A stretch of 61,973 bases of DNA, the filler included, from Candidatus Delongbacteria bacterium (GTDB lineage: Bacteria > UBA4055), in the NCBI GenBank assembly GCA_016937995.1. It is 3 parts of 3 records of this genome, joined end to end, with 100 filler letters (N's around TTAATTAATTAA, not from the genome) between each part and the next. Parts side by side here need not be neighbours in the genome. Positions count along the whole stretch, not along the records: positions 54,580 to 61,973 come from JAFGVM010000080.1; 2 more parts are not named here. One strand, given 5' to 3'. The first letter of the stretch is position 1. The number at the start of each line of letters is the position of its first letter. The notes below the pieces were generated by a model. It did not search any database. It was not told the origin of the DNA and worked only from the letters and a program-made list of their open reading frames with translations. This document shows, in pieces, positions 57,824-61,973 of this stretch. The translations under genes and the position numbers were made by a program.

Positions 57824-59566
57824 TTAAATGGACAACGTTTTATATAATCCAAGATCATCGCGATCAATAGTTTTGATCTTATTGAATTTTTCTGTGTTCT
57901 CAGGTTGACCTTTCTTGATGAACAATTCAGCCATAGGTTTGTACTTGATATCCCTGTCTGCATCCAGCACAAGAAGATGACCCATTATGATATTTCCAGC
58001 CATTTCGACCAGTCTTCTAGCATGAAAATCTAAAAATTCATTATCCTCCGGAGCTTCAGCAATTCTCATCGCTTCAACATATTCATTTTTCATCTCTTTA
58101 AGGTGCTTGTTCAGATACTCCAGTTCAGGTGATATTTTCTCATTCTGGTATTCTTCCATCATTTCAGTGAAAAGACCACTGGTCACACCTCTGATAGCTG
58201 CAACGACCTGCAGTTGAGTAGTACCTTCGTAAATAGTTGTTATCCTGGCATCTCTGTATAGTCTTTCAACCGGAAAATCCTTCATGAATCCGGTCCCGCC
58301 ATGGATCTGGATAGCATCATATGCTATTGAATTACAATATTCACTCGTCAGACCTTTCAGAAGAGGAGTATAAAAGTCAGCTCTTCTCTTATACTTTTTC
58401 ATATCCTGTTTTTCTTCATTGGACAACTTACGCTCGGCTTCAATATCCTCGTAGACCTTGTACATATCCACGAATCTGGAAGTCTCGTATAAAAGTGATC
58501 TTCCGGCAGCTATTTTTACTTTCATATCTGTGAGCATTTCATAAACACCCGGGAATTGATCTATCGTTTTACCGAATTGTACTCTTTCTTTTGCATATTT
58601 CAAAGCTTCCCGGTATGCTGCTTCTGAAATACCGATAGACTGGGATCCAATACCCAGTCTTGCCCCGTTCATTAAAGCCATAACATATTTTATCAGACCG
58701 AATTTTCTCTTTCCAACTAAAATACATGGTGAATCCTTAAAAACCATTTCACAAGTAGGTGATCCGTGGATACCCATTTTATTCTCGATCCTTCTTATCT
58801 GGACAGTATCATCTCTGTCATAAAGGAACATTGATAGACCTCTGCCATCCTTAGTTCCATCCTCAGATCTTGCAAGTACCAGTGATAACTCAGCATTTCC
58901 GTTAGTGATAAATCTTTTTACACCATTCAGTTTCCATGTATTAGCTTTTTCATCAAAATGAGCTTTTAAATTAACTGCCTGAAGATCTGATCCTGCATCA
59001 GGCTCAGTAAGGATCATTGCTCCGGTTGATTCCCCTGATGAAAATCTGTGTAGAAAGTTCTTCTTTGTTTCATCATCAGCAAATTCGTAAACTGTCTCTC
59101 CTATATCCTGAAGTCCGAACAGGTTCATTAAACTGGCGTCACCTCTTGAGACCATTTCCACAGCCATATTGTAGGCTGTTGCAGGAAAGTTTAGTCCACC
59201 ATATCTTCTTGGTAATGTCATTCCTGTAAGTCTTGCCTGTTTTAAAGCTTTCATATTTTCTACAGTACCGCTTGCATAATGAACTCTATTATTCTCAAGT
59301 CTTGGACCCTCCTCATCGACTCCTTCAGCATTAGGAGCTATAATATCTCCGCAGATTTCACCTACAATGGTCAATACTTCACTGTAATTATCTATCGCAT
59401 CTTCAAAATTATATGGTTTAATATCACATGGGTCAATATTATCATTCCCATAATTTTCAGTTTCAAAGATCTTATAATTTCTCTCTTTCAGATCCACAAT
59501 AGGTTTCATTTTCGGATTATTTAAATGAAACTTGATATCTTCATTGTCTGTATAAAAGTTTGCCAT
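57824..59566 (-). CDS. Acyl-CoA dehydrogenase (Bacteroides-type, extended C-terminus)
   Basis: Motifs LTEPDAGSD, LNGVKRFITNG, KMGIHGSPT, QIHGGTG and RDARITTIYEGT. Confidence 0.92.
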   Translation of the reverse strand: MANFYTDNEDIKFHLNNPKMKPIVDLKERNYKIFETENYGNDNIDPCDIKPYNFEDAIDNYSEVLTIVGEICGDIIAPNAEGVDEEGPRLENNRVHYASGTVENMKALKQARLTGMTLPRRYGGLNFPATAYNMAVEMVSRGDASLMNLFGLQDIGETVYEFADDETKKNFLHRFSSGESTGAMILTEPDAGSDLQAVNLKAHFDEKANTWKLNGVKRFITNGNAELSLVLARSEDGTKDGRGLSMFLYDRDDTVQIRRIENKMGIHGSPTCEMVFKDSPCILVGKRKFGLIKYVMALMNGARLGIGSQSIGISEAAYREALKYAKERVQFGKTIDQFPGVYEMLTDMKVKIAAGRSLLYETSRFVDMYKVYEDIEAERKLSNEEKQDMKKYKRRADFYTPLLKGLTSEYCNSIAYDAIQIHGGTGFMKDFPVERLYRDARITTIYEGTTQLQVVAAIRGVTSGLFTEMMEEYQNEKISPELEYLNKHLKEMKNEYVEAMRIAEAPEDNEFLDFHARRLVEMAGNIIMGHLLVLDADRDIKYKPMAELFIKKGQPENTEKFNKIKTIDRDDLGLYKTLSI

Positions 59567-59578
59567 TTTATATTACCT

Positions 59579-60598
59579 CTACTTTGACTGTTCTTTGTAA
59601 TATTTTATCATTTTCGGGATTATGGAGTTGAAGTCACCGACTATAGCGATATCAGCTAATTTATTGATCGGAGCTTCCGGATCAATATTTATAGAAATTA
59701 TCTGTGATGAGTTTTCCATACCCGCAGTATGTTGAATAGCCCCGGAAATACCAACTGCAATGTATAGTTTCGGTCTCACGGTTATACCTGTCTGACCTAC
59801 CTGTCTTTCGTGTTCCACAAAACCTGCATCAACAGCAGCTCTGGACGCACCTACCTCAGCACCTATCACCTTTGCAAATTCATTAAGAAGCTTGAAACCA
59901 TCCGGAGAACCTATTCCAAATCCGCCCGATACTATTATTTGTGCGCCTGACAGATTTACTTTTCTTGGTTCTATGTGCCTTTCGATGATCTTTACTGCAA
60001 AGTTCACACTATTCAATATATTTTTTACGTCAAGTTCAACTATCTCGCTAATGTAGTTATTTGAGACTATCTCCTTCTTCATCACACCTTCTCTCACAGT
60101 TGCCATTTGAGGTTTGGTCTCCGGATTTACGATGGTTGCAACTATATTACCCCCGAATGCGGGTCTTATCTGATATAAAAGGTCTTTATACACGTTTTTG
60201 GTCTTGGCATCTGTGTATTCACCGATCACAAGGTCTGTACAGTCCGCGGTCAGACCACATTTCAAAGTAGAAGCTATCCTCGGAGCAAGGTCTCTACCTA
60301 TCGAGGTTGCACCTACAAGCACAATTTGAGGTTTGCACTCTTCTAATATTTTCTCAAACACTGCGGTATGCGGTAATGTTGTATATGGAAATAATCTGCC
60401 GTCAACAGCTTTATATATAACATCGACCCCATAAGGTTTGATAGAATTTACAAGTTGGTCCAGGCCATTACCAATAATAGCAGCTTCAAGTTTACATCCC
60501 AGCTCATTCGCAAGCTTTCTTCCTTTAGAAAGTAATTCTATGCTCACATCCGCTACTTTTTGCTCCTCGACCTCACAATAAACTAATACATTATTCAC
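59579..60598 (-). CDS. etfA: Electron transfer flavoprotein alpha subunit
   Basis: Motifs GLTADCT, RPAFGGN, QVGQTG..V.PKLYIAVGISGAIQH. Confidence 0.94.
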   Translation of the reverse strand: MNNVLVYCEVEEQKVADVSIELLSKGRKLANELGCKLEAAIIGNGLDQLVNSIKPYGVDVIYKAVDGRLFPYTTLPHTAVFEKILEECKPQIVLVGATSIGRDLAPRIASTLKCGLTADCTDLVIGEYTDAKTKNVYKDLLYQIRPAFGGNIVATIVNPETKPQMATVREGVMKKEIVSNNYISEIVELDVKNILNSVNFAVKIIERHIEPRKVNLSGAQIIVSGGFGIGSPDGFKLLNEFAKVIGAEVGASRAAVDAGFVEHERQVGQTGITVRPKLYIAVGISGAIQHTAGMENSSQIISINIDPEAPINKLADIAIVGDFNSIIPKMIKYYKEQSK

Positions 60599-60601
60599 AT
60601 T

Positions 60602-61477
60602 CTACCCCAATGTATGATTATTTATTAAATCACCAATTAATTCCTTTATGTCACTGTCTACATCACCGATCCTTTTGGAATCTTTTGCTGTATGAACGAC
60701 ATTTTCTATATTCTTAACTTTTGTCGGAGATCCCATTAGACCTATCTTATCCACATCACAATCCAGATCATCCAAACTTATCTCTTCTATTTTTAAAAAA
60801 GCTCTGTTCCTTATCTCTTCACCAAGATAATCATCATCAAGTGTTTGAAGTTCAGTAGAAGTTTTTGCATGCTTGAATTTCATTAAAAGTTTTGCATTTT
60901 TTGGTCTACAGGGAGCTGCTGACCCGTGAACTGTCACTAAAAGAGGCAAAGTGCTCTCAACCTCTTCAACACCTCTCTCCAATCTTCTCTTGATGGTAAT
61001 TTTGTCTTTTGTTATTGAAGTTATCTCTTCTGCATAAGTTACTTGCGGGATATTCAACTTTTCTGCAGTTTGAGGTCCAACCTGTGCAGTATCACCATCT
61101 ATAGCCTGTCTGCCTGATATTATCAGATCATACGGTGCAAATTTTTCCACTGCTTTGGAAAGTACATATGATGTCGCCAGTGTATCCGCTCCTGCAAATC
61201 TTCGATCAGTGATCAAATAACCTTTATCAGCGTTTCTGAAAAGACTCTCTCTTATGATATCTGCTGCTCTTGGTGGTCCCATAGTTAAAATTATTACTTC
61301 AGTGCCTGGATTGTTATCCTTTATCTGCAACGCCTGTTCCAATGCATTGAGATCTTCAGGATTAAATATTGCCGGTAAAGCTGAACGGTTTACAGTTCCG
61401 TCAGCTTTCATTGCATCATTGCCCACGTTCCTTGTGTCAGGTACCTGTTTAGCAAGTACAATTATTTTAAAAGCCAT
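60602..61477 (-). CDS. etfB: Electron transfer flavoprotein beta subunit
   Basis: Motifs KQVPD, NPED..ALE, MGPP, GADTLATS and DGDTAQVGP. Confidence 0.94.
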   Translation of the reverse strand: MAFKIIVLAKQVPDTRNVGNDAMKADGTVNRSALPAIFNPEDLNALEQALQIKDNNPGTEVIILTMGPPRAADIIRESLFRNADKGYLITDRRFAGADTLATSYVLSKAVEKFAPYDLIISGRQAIDGDTAQVGPQTAEKLNIPQVTYAEEITSITKDKITIKRRLERGVEEVESTLPLLVTVHGSAAPCRPKNAKLLMKFKHAKTSTELQTLDDDYLGEEIRNRAFLKIEEISLDDLDCDVDKIGLMGSPTKVKNIENVVHTAKDSKRIGDVDSDIKELIGDLINNHTLG

Positions 61478-61680
61478 TTCCCCTCCGACTTTATTTATCT
61501 ATGTTAATATTTTCACTTCCTACCGAATTGTTGAATATATAAAAAATACAATATTATGGCAACTTCAAAATTCGACCAAATTCACAAAACCCTATTCCTA
61601 TTATCTTGACATTCATGACCCGTTTGCATATCTTTTTGTGTTGAAGTTATTTACATTAGTATAACTCTTTCGAGGCTAAA

Positions 61681-61973
61681 ATGTCAAAATTGATGGCAAG
61701 TGTTGCAGGTGTGAGGGGTATTGTCGGTGAATCATTCACTCCTGATGTGATCGTAAAATATGTTTCTGCTTTTTCCAGATTTTGCAAACCCGGAAAAATA
61801 ATAGTCGGCAGAGATACCCGTCCGTCCGGAAAAGTAATTTCAGATATAGTTTGTTCTGTATTAAACATGTGCGGTAGAGATGTTATTGATATTGATATCG
61901 CAACTACACCTACCGTTGCGATGGGTATAAAACTCTATGAAGCTTCAGGTGGTATTGCAATTACTGCTAGTCA
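61681..61973 (+). CDS. glmM: Phosphoglucosamine mutase / alpha-D-phosphohexomutase, N-terminal part (runs off the window; not in the ORF track)
   Basis: Hand translation MSKLMASVAGVRGIVG..VGRDTRPSG..TTPT..GGIAITAS(H), with GAGG upstream. Confidence 0.8.
   Translation, partial: MSKLMASVAGVRGIVGESFTPDVIVKYVSAFSRFCKPGKIIVGRDTRPSGKVISDIVCSVLNMCGRDVIDIDIATTPTVAMGIKLYEASGGIAITAS

Noticed and set aside
61254..61868. ORFs 61254-61664 (+) and 61656-61868 (-)
   Set aside because: Antisense to etfB and to the glmM-like gene starting at 61681.

Overview
AT-rich bacterial DNA made of three assembly contigs (1-28545, 28646-54479, 54580-61973) joined by artificial 100-nt N44-TTAATTAATTAA-N44 linkers, so gene adjacency across linkers is meaningless. 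Gene content suggests an anaerobic, amino-acid-fermenting diderm, possibly an FCB-group candidate lineage such as Ca. Delongbacteria or Cloacimonadota (inference only). Contig 1 carries an AAA ATPase, a surface-glycan biosynthesis operon running into cmk-ispH, a yggS-yggT-divIVA-degenerate PNP cluster, rocD, a beta-propeller/membrane/wHTH operon, a small-protein plus nucleotidyltransferase pair and purB, with many REP-like palindromes. Contig 2 carries a GLUG-repeat secreted protein, three minor-pilin-like genes, tadA, a GH20, a membrane spermidine-synthase-like protein, purC, a STAS protein, split LKR/SDH genes, corA, a glcD-like oxidase, rseP, tgt and hypotheticals. Contig 3 carries mreB (partial), purH, purN, acyl-CoA dehydrogenase/etfA/etfB and a partial glmM-like mutase. 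I saw no rRNA, tRNA, CRISPR array, transposase, integrase or reverse transcriptase, and I cannot claim a definitive new system. The best leads are: (i) a pseudoknot-forming repeat with compensatory changes at both ends of contig 1; (ii) a sigma-54 promoter driving an anti-Shine-Dalgarno hairpin plus a small ORF; (iii) an unannotated 50-aa ORF with a bacteriocin-leader-like motif and a CA-rich 3' region; (iv) a PNP pseudoenzyme behind divIVA; and (v) a putative C-terminal sorting domain on the GLUG protein beside an atypical minor-pilin set.
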